A stretch of 64,000 nt of DNA from a virus, in the IMG/VR virus record IMGVR_UViG_3300036770_008715, positions 32,001-96,000 of that record. One strand, given 5' to 3'. The notes beneath the pieces are model-generated. The model had not been told where the DNA came from and did no database searches. It saw only the letters and a program-made list of their open reading frames with translations. This document shows, in pieces, positions 9,230 through 17,721 of this stretch. The first letter of the stretch is position 1, and every line of letters begins with the position of its first letter. The position numbers and the translations under genes were made by a program.

Positions 9230-9702
9230 GGTTGTACTTTTTTCATCCTTATAGACCTTTTCTCACTATCTGCTAATGCTGCGGCTTTCATTTTTTCTCT
9301 AACTTCTGGCCTTTTTGCAGGGTTTTTGTCTCCTAGAGTTCCGCATTTTGAATGATCTCTGTTGAATCTTCCTTCATCCCACGCTTTTTTTATCTGTTCT
9401 CCACATTTTTTCCTATCGACTCTAGAAGAAAATTCTCGCTGTTTCTTTGCATCTTTAAATACGCAGTTGGACCTTCCTCTTTTCCATCCTTCTGGTATCG
9501 TCTCAAAATTAAAAATATAATTGTCGACAGTCCCATTAGTTATCCATATTTTACCACTAGTGGTCGATCCGCCCAATGAGGTTTTCTTTGAGTCTTCTGG
9601 TATCTTATCCAGTTCCTGATCGCTGAGTGAAGGCATTTCTTCGAAAGGTATTTCTAGAATTTCGCAAAGGTTTTGCGAAAAGTTGTATGTATAAATAGAC
9701 AT
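9208..9702 (-). CDS. homing-endonuclease-like protein with NUMOD-type DNA-binding motifs but no recognisable nuclease domain
   Basis: ATG at 9702 with TAAGGAG SD; KIWITNG...IPEGWKRGR and GDKNPAKRPEVREKM motifs; sits between uvsY and uvsW and overlaps the uvsW start. Confidence 0.65.
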   Translation of the reverse strand: MSIYTYNFSQNLCEILEIPFEEMPSLSDQELDKIPEDSKKTSLGGSTTSGKIWITNGTVDNYIFNFETIPEGWKRGRSNCVFKDAKKQREFSSRVDRKKCGEQIKKAWDEGRFNRDHSKCGTLGDKNPAKRPEVREKMKAAALADSEKRSIRMKKVQPWKYRYK

Positions 9703-9769
9703 GCTGGCACTCCTTACAGTGTTAGAGTCCCTGGGAATTGCAGTTCCGCGAGGGACATCTCTATTTATA
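9690..9769. ncRNA. structured leader / putative antisense RNA flanked by convergent late promoters
   Basis: TATAAATA on + at 9690-9697 and on - at 9769-9762; stems GTCCCT/AGGGAC, GGAA/TTCC and CTGGCACT/AGTGTTAG. Confidence 0.55.
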
Positions 9770-9775
9770 AAATAT

Positions 9776-10240
9776 TTAATGCTGACCATGTATAAACTTT
9801 TCCCAAGACATATATTCTTTTAATTGCCATGTTCGATTGTTCAATTCTTTCATCACATTTACACAAAATGCAGCTGCTTCTTCGTGGTAACTTTTCTTAG
9901 CCTGGAGCCTAGTCAAATCATCATCACCTTCAAGATGCATTGCTAGATCTTGCTTGAGTACAAACGGAAACTGTTCCCAGCCATACTTATCAAGTTCTTC
10001 CTGAGAAAGTTTTCCATTGTAATACATCCACTTCAGTTTTCTTAGTTTGTTGTACTCAATAGCAATTTTCTTAGCAGCAAGATTGTGGGCTGAAAGAAAC
10101 TTATTGTATTTGTTGTGGAGAATAGGAATACGAATGATTTCTTTTCCAGGTTCAGTGGAATCGACATTTGAGTCTTTGGTCCACTCACTCATAATTTGTT
10201 CGATTGCTACAGCTTCAAGTTTCATAGTCAAAACATCCAT
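9776..10240 (-). CDS. uvsY: recombination mediator UvsY
   Basis: W..DS.VD...IPILHNKY, KWMYYNGK, NNRTWQLK..W.KF pattern; upstream of uvsW; true start may be 10225. Confidence 0.9.
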   Translation of the reverse strand: MDVLTMKLEAVAIEQIMSEWTKDSNVDSTEPGKEIIRIPILHNKYNKFLSAHNLAAKKIAIEYNKLRKLKWMYYNGKLSQEELDKYGWEQFPFVLKQDLAMHLEGDDDLTRLQAKKSYHEEAAAFCVNVMKELNNRTWQLKEYMSWEKFIHGQH

Positions 10241-10255
10241 CTTGAATTTATCCCA

Positions 10256-10284
10256 AGTATACTATAAATTATATTTTATGTCAA
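10256..10284 (-). promoter_or_regulatory. sigma70-type promoter for uvsY-uvsW
   Basis: TTGACA (10284-10279)-17 nt-TATACT (10261-10256). Confidence 0.8.
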
Positions 10285-10285
10285 G

Positions 10286-10831
10286 TCAAACTCTTTCGAT
10301 GTCGTAATAGGAGAACCTGAACGTAGCATCTGATGTAGTGATGACATCAGCTGTATCACCTGTATTGAACAGAATAGATCCAACAGATGTGGGAAATACA
10401 TCTTTAAATTTCACTCTGAAGTTTACATTATTTTTATTTGTATACACTGTAAGTGTAGCATCAGTATATTGAGGAGGAAGTCTGTTTGCTCCTCTGTATG
10501 CTGCAGTTGATGATAGCCTCTCCAGTTCACGATACTCTTTAAAGTCAGTTGGGAAACACATTGCCCGAATCCAGTCATGGAGTGATTGCCAGCCTCTAAG
10601 ATTTTCATCTACAACAAACGTGACATTAAACGTATCATACATCATCTTTTCGCCTGGAACATACAAATCAATGAATGGAGTATTGCGCGGAACTTCAGAA
10701 AGAGATACGCCAGGCAAGTTAGCAGTCTGACAGAAAAACGTAATGTTCTCAAGTCTAGTGAAATTGAGTCTGAACTTAGTTGTTTGTAGAATATCTTTGT
10801 TGAGAGGATTTCTTACTGCAACGTTAGCCAT
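10286..10831 (-). CDS. gp3: tail tube terminator / tail completion protein gp3
   Basis: FFCQTANLPGVSL, FVVDENL..W..LHDWI, DATL, F.DVFPTS; follows gp23. Confidence 0.88.
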   Translation of the reverse strand: MANVAVRNPLNKDILQTTKFRLNFTRLENITFFCQTANLPGVSLSEVPRNTPFIDLYVPGEKMMYDTFNVTFVVDENLRGWQSLHDWIRAMCFPTDFKEYRELERLSSTAAYRGANRLPPQYTDATLTVYTNKNNVNFRVKFKDVFPTSVGSILFNTGDTADVITTSDATFRFSYYDIERV

Positions 10832-10855
10832 TATAGTTTCTCGAGGAATATAAAG

Positions 10856-10863
10856 TATTTATA
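10856..10863 (-). promoter_or_regulatory. T4-type late promoter for gp3
   Basis: TATAAATA just after the gp23 terminator. Confidence 0.8.
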
Positions 10864-10864
10864 G

Positions 10865-10891
10865 AAAAGAAAAGGGGGACCGAAGTCCCCC
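10865..10891 (-). terminator. intrinsic terminator after gp23
   Basis: GGGGGAC-TTCG-GTCCCCC followed by TTTTCTTTT; C(UUCG)G tetraloop. Confidence 0.92.
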
Positions 10892-10925
10892 AAAAATCGC
10901 TGTTATTGTTATAGTAGCGATTTTA

Positions 10926-12272
10926 TTAACCCGTAAGGTTAAGTACACGGAATCGACGATAGTAGAGGTTGCTATTGTTAGCAAGCGCACCATCACCTGC
11001 CGAAGTAGCGAAAGGATTCGCAACGAGACCATAACGGGTCTTGAAGCCAATCTTAGGCTGGAAGGTGTTTGGATTGATTGCACGTACCATCTGGAGAGGT
11101 ACGTATGGGCAATAGAACATACCAGCGTCATAAGGAGTTGTTCCCTTATAACCGACAACAACGAAGTCCTGAGCCTGTACGGAGTATGGATCAACATACA
11201 CCTTGATTCGACCGAAGAGCGTACCAGCGAAGGTATTGCCCGTGTCGTCAACAGTCAGGTTCGTGCTATTGGTGAGGCCGCTGTTGTAGTCAAGAAGGCC
11301 AGTCATTGCGAGAGCGGATGCTACGTCTGTGGAGACGATAAGCATGTTGCCCTTGCCACGACGGGTATCTTTAGCGATCTGGTTGCTTGCGCGCTCGATC
11401 GCGAACAGAAGTCCCTTGAAACGCTCAACAGCCCAACGGCCAGTTGTATCAGCACTGTTCGTCAGGTTGAAGATAGCAGATGTTGCGGTATTGTTGAGAT
11501 AACCAACTTTAGCAGTTGCGTAGATCTTACGAACAACTTCGCGGTTGATTTCAGCAAGGATTTCCGTTGACAGGATATTGCTGAGTTCTGCTTCGGCGTC
11601 GAGGCCATGGATAGCCTTGAGGTCCTGGGCGAGTTCAAGCGTATATTCTGCCTTCAGAGCGCGGGTTCCTGCAACAACCGATACGCGATCGATCGTGAAG
11701 CCCATTTCACCGAATGCCGTACCACCACCGAGATCTTCAGCAGTGATTGTGGCAATGCTGCTACCCGTGTTACCAAGTTCGAATTGCTGAGTGATTGCTG
11801 GTTGTGAGTTAGCAGTACCGCCAAATGGCGTGTTGTTGTCATGGGTGCCTGATCCAGCGAAGTCGGTGTCGGCTTCGTTGAACAGAGCTTCACCAGTGAC
11901 AGCAGTTGTATTGGCATACTGTGAACGCATTGCGAAGATAAGGCCAGTTGGACCCGTCATTGGCTGAACGCCGCAGATGTCATATGCCATCAGGTTGGGC
12001 ATTGCACGACGGACGAGACCGATGAGGATAGGATCGAAGCCTTTTACGTTGCCTTCTGAACCTTGAATTGGTGACATACCACCAGCAACAGCGTTGACTG
12101 GGGATGCTTCCCAAAGGTTATTCATTGCCATTGCTTCTTCGCGAAGGGCACGCTCTTGGTTCTCCAGAACGAGGGCAGTTACGGCACGACGATAGGGGTC
12201 GGCAATTTTGCTGAGTTCTGGGTGATCAAGAACGGGAGCCCACTTCTTTGTGTGAGTTTCTGATAGATACAT
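10926..12272 (-). CDS. gp23: major capsid protein gp23
   Basis: KKWAPVL, LVLENQE, GVQPMTGPTGLIFAMRS, ELAQDLKAIHGLDAE, FQPKIGFKTRYG. Confidence 0.99.
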   Translation of the reverse strand: MYLSETHTKKWAPVLDHPELSKIADPYRRAVTALVLENQERALREEAMAMNNLWEASPVNAVAGGMSPIQGSEGNVKGFDPILIGLVRRAMPNLMAYDICGVQPMTGPTGLIFAMRSQYANTTAVTGEALFNEADTDFAGSGTHDNNTPFGGTANSQPAITQQFELGNTGSSIATITAEDLGGGTAFGEMGFTIDRVSVVAGTRALKAEYTLELAQDLKAIHGLDAEAELSNILSTEILAEINREVVRKIYATAKVGYLNNTATSAIFNLTNSADTTGRWAVERFKGLLFAIERASNQIAKDTRRGKGNMLIVSTDVASALAMTGLLDYNSGLTNSTNLTVDDTGNTFAGTLFGRIKVYVDPYSVQAQDFVVVGYKGTTPYDAGMFYCPYVPLQMVRAINPNTFQPKIGFKTRYGLVANPFATSAGDGALANNSNLYYRRFRVLNLTG

Positions 12273-12299
12273 GGTTAGTTCTCCGTAGTTCTAGTTGCT

Positions 12300-13487
12300 T
12301 CACTTAGGAAGCGTTTTGGTTATAGCTTTAACATAATAATCCATTGCACCGCTAACCTCCTGGTCATCAACCGTTTCAACCGCAGTGACAGGAGCTTCGC
12401 TTCTGGCAGCTTTGGTTGGGAAGTAGCTCTCGCGAATCACTGCGAGCTTCTCCGTATACTCACCCTCTGTGGTGAACTCAACGCCCTCTGCGAGCGACTT
12501 TATCTTCTGAACCTGCATTTCTGTGAGTCCTTCACAGGTGCGGCGAAGAATTTCGACAGACTTAGACTCATTGAGTTGCTTTTCGAGTTGCTCCATCTGG
12601 CCAAGAGCTTCTTCAAGCAGCCCTTCAGCTTCGACGACTCGACCAGCCATTTCTTCAACGAGGTCAGCCTTTTCTTCGGGAACTTCGATATAATGTTCCA
12701 CGAAGAGATTCTTGAGACCATTGATGAAGTCTTCGGCAATTTCAGCGCGAAGGCCAGTTTCAATGGCTACTTGGTTTTCTTTCATCCACTGCTCAACAAC
12801 ATAGTTGAGATACTCATCAACTTGCTCGGAGAGTTGAGCCTGGATAGCTTCGATTTCAGAAGCAACTTCTTTCTCATTCTCTTCGGCGATTTGATGGACG
12901 ATTGTTTCTACGCGTGCACGAACAGCTGCTTCGAAGATCGTGGTCGCCTTGGTGCGGAACTCTTCGGAGAGTGACTCGCCATTGAAGAGTGCATCAACGT
13001 CTTCTTTGCAAGAACCCATGCTGGAATCAACCATGCCTTTCATCTTAGCCTTACGCGCTTCGATGATTTCTTCTTCGGTCAGTTCGGGGAGTTGCTCGAC
13101 TTCTTCTTGCTCAGCGACAACTTCTTGCGCTTCTTCTGATTCAAGCTCAGCGAAAAACTGCTCGCGCTCTTCGTCAGTTAGGCTCTCAAGGAACTGCTCA
13201 ACTTCTTCTTCGGTGAGCTCTTGCTCTTCCTCAATAACTTCTTCCGTTGACTCAACTTCGTCTTCGGCGAGCTTTTTCATTGGCTCAGAAGTAGCGCCTT
13301 CTTTGCCAGGCTTAGGTGCTTCTTTCTGCTTGCCAGCAGCTGTAACGCCAATAGCAGTTGGCTCGGTTGTTGGCGTTTGTCCGCCAAGTTCTTCGGCGTC
13401 GCCTGGACCCTTTTGCATTGGATCCTTTGCTTTGCCGAGTGTTTGGCTAAGGATTTCAGCGGCAGATTCTGTGAGAGACTTGCTCAT
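12300..13487 (-). CDS. gp22: prohead core scaffold protein gp22
   Basis: Acidic coiled coil; LSEEF..KA.TIFEAAV, VDEYLNYVVEQWM.EN. Confidence 0.95.
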   Translation of the reverse strand: MSKSLTESAAEILSQTLGKAKDPMQKGPGDAEELGGQTPTTEPTAIGVTAAGKQKEAPKPGKEGATSEPMKKLAEDEVESTEEVIEEEQELTEEEVEQFLESLTDEEREQFFAELESEEAQEVVAEQEEVEQLPELTEEEIIEARKAKMKGMVDSSMGSCKEDVDALFNGESLSEEFRTKATTIFEAAVRARVETIVHQIAEENEKEVASEIEAIQAQLSEQVDEYLNYVVEQWMKENQVAIETGLRAEIAEDFINGLKNLFVEHYIEVPEEKADLVEEMAGRVVEAEGLLEEALGQMEQLEKQLNESKSVEILRRTCEGLTEMQVQKIKSLAEGVEFTTEGEYTEKLAVIRESYFPTKAARSEAPVTAVETVDDQEVSGAMDYYVKAITKTLPK

Positions 13488-13513
13488 TTGTAAACTCCTA
13501 TAAGAGATTAATT

Positions 13514-13521
13514 TATTTATA
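13514..13521 (-). promoter_or_regulatory. late promoter for gp22-gp23
   Basis: TATAAATA upstream of gp22. Confidence 0.8.
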
Positions 13522-13525
13522 ATAA

Positions 13526-14170
13526 TTAAAGTTTTGACATAAAGTTTTCAAAGATCTTCAAGGAGATCTCTTCTATTTGTCGTTGCTTTGCCTTCTTCAT
13601 TTGCTCATGGTATTCTACGATATTGACCTCATGGACAACACCATTGTTCCATACCCATTCTTTGCCTTCCATGATACCTTGTACAAAGGCACCTGGAGCT
13701 GAAGGATCTGCAACGATATCTGCCGCTGTAGCTAGATAATAGTCATCTTGCACCACGTTGACACCATTCACTTCTTTGAGTGAACCCATGCCACGCGATG
13801 ATACACCAAGGGTAGCTCCGCCTTCCATCAGTGCTTTGGCGATTTTACCCATTGGAGTTTCAAGAATTTTTGCCTTTCCGACGAAATTGTTTCCCTCTTG
13901 CTTGAGCGAAACAATCATGTGTGATACTCGATCGAGGTTGATTGAAGGTGAGTCGGGATGACCAAGCTCTCCAAATGCTCGATTGTTCTTGACATATTCT
14001 TCGTTATAACGATCAACTTCCTTGGCCAGCGTACCAATTGGATAGATACGGCCATTGCGGTTCTTTTGTTCACCAACAAGGAATGGACCTTGAATGAAGA
14101 GAGACTTAACACCATTTTTAGTTTCGGTGATAATCTTTACTTCATTGATATTTTCGGTGATAAGTTTCAT
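13526..14170 (-). CDS. gp21: prohead protease gp21
   Basis: KNRNGRIYP, GELGHP, GVSSRGMGS, DIVADPSAPGA. Confidence 0.98.
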   Translation of the reverse strand: MKLITENINEVKIITETKNGVKSLFIQGPFLVGEQKNRNGRIYPIGTLAKEVDRYNEEYVKNNRAFGELGHPDSPSINLDRVSHMIVSLKQEGNNFVGKAKILETPMGKIAKALMEGGATLGVSSRGMGSLKEVNGVNVVQDDYYLATAADIVADPSAPGAFVQGIMEGKEWVWNNGVVHEVNIVEYHEQMKKAKQRQIEEISLKIFENFMSKL

Positions 14171-14172
14171 CC

Positions 14173-14502
14173 TTATACTCCAAGTGTTGATCTTTTTCTT
14201 AGTGATCTTTTTCTTTTCATCAACGCTCTGGCTAACTTAGCTTTTCTTTTGAGCTTACCACGACGCTGAGAGATCTTACGATTGAGTCGCTCTTTGGCAC
14301 TCATTCTCTTCATCTTTCCACCACGAAGCGTATAACCAGCGACATTAGAAACTTTCTTTCTTCGCTGAATCTTTCCGCCTCGAACTCTCGCTTTAACTAT
14401 TTTTACTCTAGGTGCTTCATCTAGCTGGATAATATCCTTCAGCATATCCAACTTTTCTTCAAGAATGCGACGAAGTTTTGCTTCAATTATTTCTCTATTC
14501 AT
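14173..14502 (-). CDS. basic prohead core protein (gp68-like position)
   Basis: Very K/R-rich 109 aa protein directly upstream of gp21; QLDE possible cleavage site. Confidence 0.7.
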   Translation of the reverse strand: MNREIIEAKLRRILEEKLDMLKDIIQLDEAPRVKIVKARVRGGKIQRRKKVSNVAGYTLRGGKMKRMSAKERLNRKISQRRGKLKRKAKLARALMKRKRSLRKRSTLGV

Positions 14503-14720
14503 TCTGCAACACCAGAGATAGGAGCACTGAGCTGACCAATTTCATTGAAAGGAATCGTGAATACCATGCCGTACTGATCGTTTGTGTACATTGCAACTTT
14601 TCTACCATCAGGGAATATACGAATACCACGACGGCGAAGTACCAGCATTGCTGCTGGAATTATTTCTTTATCAAACGATCTAGCTTCGGCTAGATTTTCA
14701 CGAAGCTCCTTAAATCTCAT
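14499..14720 (-). CDS. small head-morphogenesis-region protein
   Basis: 73 aa, MRFKELRENLAE N-terminus, overlaps both neighbours. Confidence 0.75.
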   Translation of the reverse strand: MRFKELRENLAEARSFDKEIIPAAMLVLRRRGIRIFPDGRKVAMYTNDQYGMVFTIPFNEIGQLSAPISGVAE

Positions 14721-16045
14721 TGCATTTTTTCTTTCTTGAGAGCCGACATAGCAGCACTTCTGTTAACAGCACTGAGGCCGCCAGTCTTTTCCATATAGCT
14801 TGTTACCAGAGTACGATGTCCAGCGGATAGCTTATTGATATCGCCGTGCTTACGATATGCTCTGAGTGCATTGATTGTCGAAGAACGCTCTGACCCTTTC
14901 ATCCCAAGAGCAGACATCTTTTGTGTATCAGAAACTTCTTCGCTCATGCCTTTTCTATTTTTTGCCTTCCATGCAGTAGCATACGCAATGGCTTTTTCTT
15001 TGTTAGTCAGAGTGCCATCCTTTGAGTATGATTTTTTGATGTCCTTGACCATACGCTCATACTTTGCGCCAGGAGGAGCTTTCTCTGATACTTGTTCAGG
15101 CTCTTCCTTCATCATTCTATTTTTGATTTTATCTTTTAATTTGGTTTGGACATCTTTGGTAATCTTACCAGCTCTTGGACCTTTAGTTACAACATTTCTC
15201 ATTTGATGAGCTTTGCGAGTTGCTGCATCAACTTTTGGACCACTGTCTGAATAGCCAGTAGTTGTGCCTATAACTTCTTGTACTTGCTCGACTTCTTCCT
15301 TTTTCACTTTTTTTGATATAGCGAGATGCTGTTGTATTTCGTCATCAGTCATTTTTGTTTTGCGTGTTACTCTCGCCAATTTCTGCGCAGCATCACCTTT
15401 GGACATTGACCAACCTTTTTTTCTAAGTTTGCCCGTCGCTTTATCTATGCCATAACCTATACTTGTAAGTTTGCGTCGCAAATCGCTGCGTGGACCTTCG
15501 TCGATTTGCTCGGCTTCTTCTTTCATATTTCTTTTCTCAGCCTTAGCTCGGCCAAGTTTAGCCAGAAACGCAGCTCGATTCTTGACTACGTTGCCATACT
15601 TATCTTTACGTGATGTGCTAGCTTTACGATAAGGCCCAGCAAAAGGAGCATTCTTCTTATCTTCTTCGTAGCCTTCTTTGACCAACTGATCAATTACTGA
15701 TTTGTCAGCTGTGATCTTTTTGTTTGTTACTTTTGGAGGAAGTCCTTTACCACGACCAAGTTCTGTTGTTGTCACATCGACAATACCACGATTGGGCATC
15801 TCAGAAAGAGTTTCTTCTTTCATTTCTTCTTCGTCGTCATCTTCTTCTTCATCTTCACACTCGCAGTCTTTCATTGGTTTGCCACACTCAGGGCACTCTT
15901 TTGCTTCAGCAAACATTGTTGATGCAAGTTCAACTTTCTTCACTTCAAGAGTATCTTCGATCTTTTGAGAAAGAATATTCAGGAAAGAATCAACTGAATC
16001 TTCTTCTTGATTGAGAATTGATACAACAAGGTTTTCCGTGGACAT
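14717..16045 (-). CDS. gp67-like prohead core protein with long modular extension
   Basis: N-terminal F.NILSQKI...LE.KK.ELASTMF directly after the portal gene; then basic modules separated by KEE.EQ..E linkers. Confidence 0.7.
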   Translation of the reverse strand: MSTENLVVSILNQEEDSVDSFLNILSQKIEDTLEVKKVELASTMFAEAKECPECGKPMKDCECEDEEEDDDEEEMKEETLSEMPNRGIVDVTTTELGRGKGLPPKVTNKKITADKSVIDQLVKEGYEEDKKNAPFAGPYRKASTSRKDKYGNVVKNRAAFLAKLGRAKAEKRNMKEEAEQIDEGPRSDLRRKLTSIGYGIDKATGKLRKKGWSMSKGDAAQKLARVTRKTKMTDDEIQQHLAISKKVKKEEVEQVQEVIGTTTGYSDSGPKVDAATRKAHQMRNVVTKGPRAGKITKDVQTKLKDKIKNRMMKEEPEQVSEKAPPGAKYERMVKDIKKSYSKDGTLTNKEKAIAYATAWKAKNRKGMSEEVSDTQKMSALGMKGSERSSTINALRAYRKHGDINKLSAGHRTLVTSYMEKTGGLSAVNRSAAMSALKKEKMQ

Positions 16046-17670
16046 TATTGATTCCCCTGAGGAGTAGTGTTAGCATTAGCATTATTTATATTTTGTTGTG
16101 CTTGTAGTTGAGCTTCTGCTTGTGCTTGAATACTTAGTGCGCTCTTCTGCGCTTCGATCTGAGCAATTGCCATAGTCTCATCTTGATCCTCGGCAATCTC
16201 TTTTTTCATCTCATCAATTTCTTCTTCGCTGAGTTTCAGAATATTTTTCCGAACCCACTGCATTGAGTAGTATGTTCCAATGAATGGAGTCATTGTATTC
16301 AGAAGCATTACACGCGAAGTCATTAGATCAGCTTCTTTGAGCTCAGCAAAGTTATTGTCTTCGATGAAATCGTAGTGGATGAATTCTTTGATCTGATCCC
16401 ACTCTTCCATCGAAGCAATATTTTTCAGAGCCAATTGCCTTTTCATTAGCTCGTCAAAAATAGTGCAGAACTTATTACGAAGTTTCTCAACAAACTTTGA
16501 GAACTTCAATTCGTCTCGAGTGATTTCTGTTGTTCGACCAAGCGTAAATCCTTGGTTGGGTTCAAGACGAGATACTGGAACGTTGAGTGATTTGTATAGT
16601 TTCTGCTCAAAGTATTTGACGTCTGTTAGTTCGCCAAGATTCTGACCAGCTGGCAGTGTAGTAATCTCAGTTGATTTACCTTCGCCGCGCCGTGGAATCC
16701 AGAAGTCTTCGATCATTGACATGAATCGACGATCATCTCTGACTTCACCAGTTGATGCGTCGTATACGATCTTGTTACGGAACTTAGTCATAATATCTTT
16801 AAGGTACTGTTCTGCCTTCATCTTGGGCAGATTACCAACGTCAATATAAAACACTCGACGCTCAGGCGCACGAGAGAGGCGATAGATTACAATCGCATCT
16901 TCAATCATACGCAACTGGTTGAGTGGTTTAATTGCCTTGTGTAGATAAGAGAGAACCAGGTTTCTGGAAACGTCCATGAGGCCTGAGTTAATGTTTACAA
17001 CTGAATCTGTTGCAAGTTTAACTGAGTTATCGACTGGACTTGTTACAACGGCAGTACCTGAACTAGTAAGTGACTTGTCGTTGTAAATGTAAAATTCTTG
17101 AACTGATTTGACATATTCTGCACCAGTTCTTGGATCTTTTGCTTTATCAACAGCTTTTACCTTTCGAATCTTTCTTGGATCAAGATATACAAGACCGCTG
17201 ATGCCTTGGGCTGGATTCTTTTGATCAATTTGTACTTGATAGAATAATCTGCCGTCGACATACCAACGGCGGAATACATCTGATCCTGAGTTATTAAAGT
17301 CAAGAAGACGAAGAACGTTTTTAAATTCTTCGCGGATCATGTCTTTAATTTTATCATCAACCTCAAGATCATCAAGAACAATATCGACAGACATGCCTTT
17401 GTCATCGCGGACAATGGCTTCATTGACAATTTCGTCGACAGCTTGTTCGACCTCTGGCTGCATATCCATTGAACGATAGCGAGTGATTAGCTCGTTCTCG
17501 TTCTTAAATGCAGTGTCTAGATTAAGATAGGTTCCATAGTAGCCACCAAGTGCACTGGAACCAAGGACATATGCACCATCATCTTCTTGAGGTGCAGCAA
17601 TCGCTGGTAATTCTGATTGTACCAGGTCTTGCTTTCGAACAATTTCGAAACCGAAAAGTGAAACTGCCAT
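16045..17670 (-). CDS. gp20: portal vertex protein gp20
   Basis: FRRWYVDGR, SYLHKAIKPLNQLRMIEDA, RAPERRVFYIDVGNLP, EDFWIPRR. Confidence 0.99.
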   Translation of the reverse strand: MAVSLFGFEIVRKQDLVQSELPAIAAPQEDDGAYVLGSSALGGYYGTYLNLDTAFKNENELITRYRSMDMQPEVEQAVDEIVNEAIVRDDKGMSVDIVLDDLEVDDKIKDMIREEFKNVLRLLDFNNSGSDVFRRWYVDGRLFYQVQIDQKNPAQGISGLVYLDPRKIRKVKAVDKAKDPRTGAEYVKSVQEFYIYNDKSLTSSGTAVVTSPVDNSVKLATDSVVNINSGLMDVSRNLVLSYLHKAIKPLNQLRMIEDAIVIYRLSRAPERRVFYIDVGNLPKMKAEQYLKDIMTKFRNKIVYDASTGEVRDDRRFMSMIEDFWIPRRGEGKSTEITTLPAGQNLGELTDVKYFEQKLYKSLNVPVSRLEPNQGFTLGRTTEITRDELKFSKFVEKLRNKFCTIFDELMKRQLALKNIASMEEWDQIKEFIHYDFIEDNNFAELKEADLMTSRVMLLNTMTPFIGTYYSMQWVRKNILKLSEEEIDEMKKEIAEDQDETMAIAQIEAQKSALSIQAQAEAQLQAQQNINNANANTTPQGNQ

Positions 17671-17685
17671 ATATTACTCCATTTC

Positions 17686-17712
17686 AAAGAAAGGGGGAGT
17701 TTTACCTCCCCC
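17686..17712 (-). terminator. intrinsic terminator after gp19
   Basis: GGGGGAG-GTAAAA-CTCCCCC followed by TTTCTTT. Confidence 0.85.
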
Positions 17713-17721
17713 GTTCAACTA

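Noticed and set aside
9208-9775. Group I intron or tRNA
   Set aside because: uvsY and uvsW both look complete and the insert is intergenic; no intron core or cloverleaf is recognisable
9703-9789. N-terminal extension of the 193 aa ORF called by the ORF track
   Set aside because: It spans the late promoter and hairpins; ATG at 9702 has a strong TAAGGAG SD
10859-11251. 130 aa ORF overlapping the gp23 3' end
   Set aside because: Alternative frame of a highly conserved gene, running through the terminator
12576-13503. Plus-strand 132 aa and 187 aa ORFs
   Set aside because: Antisense shadows of Glu-rich gp22
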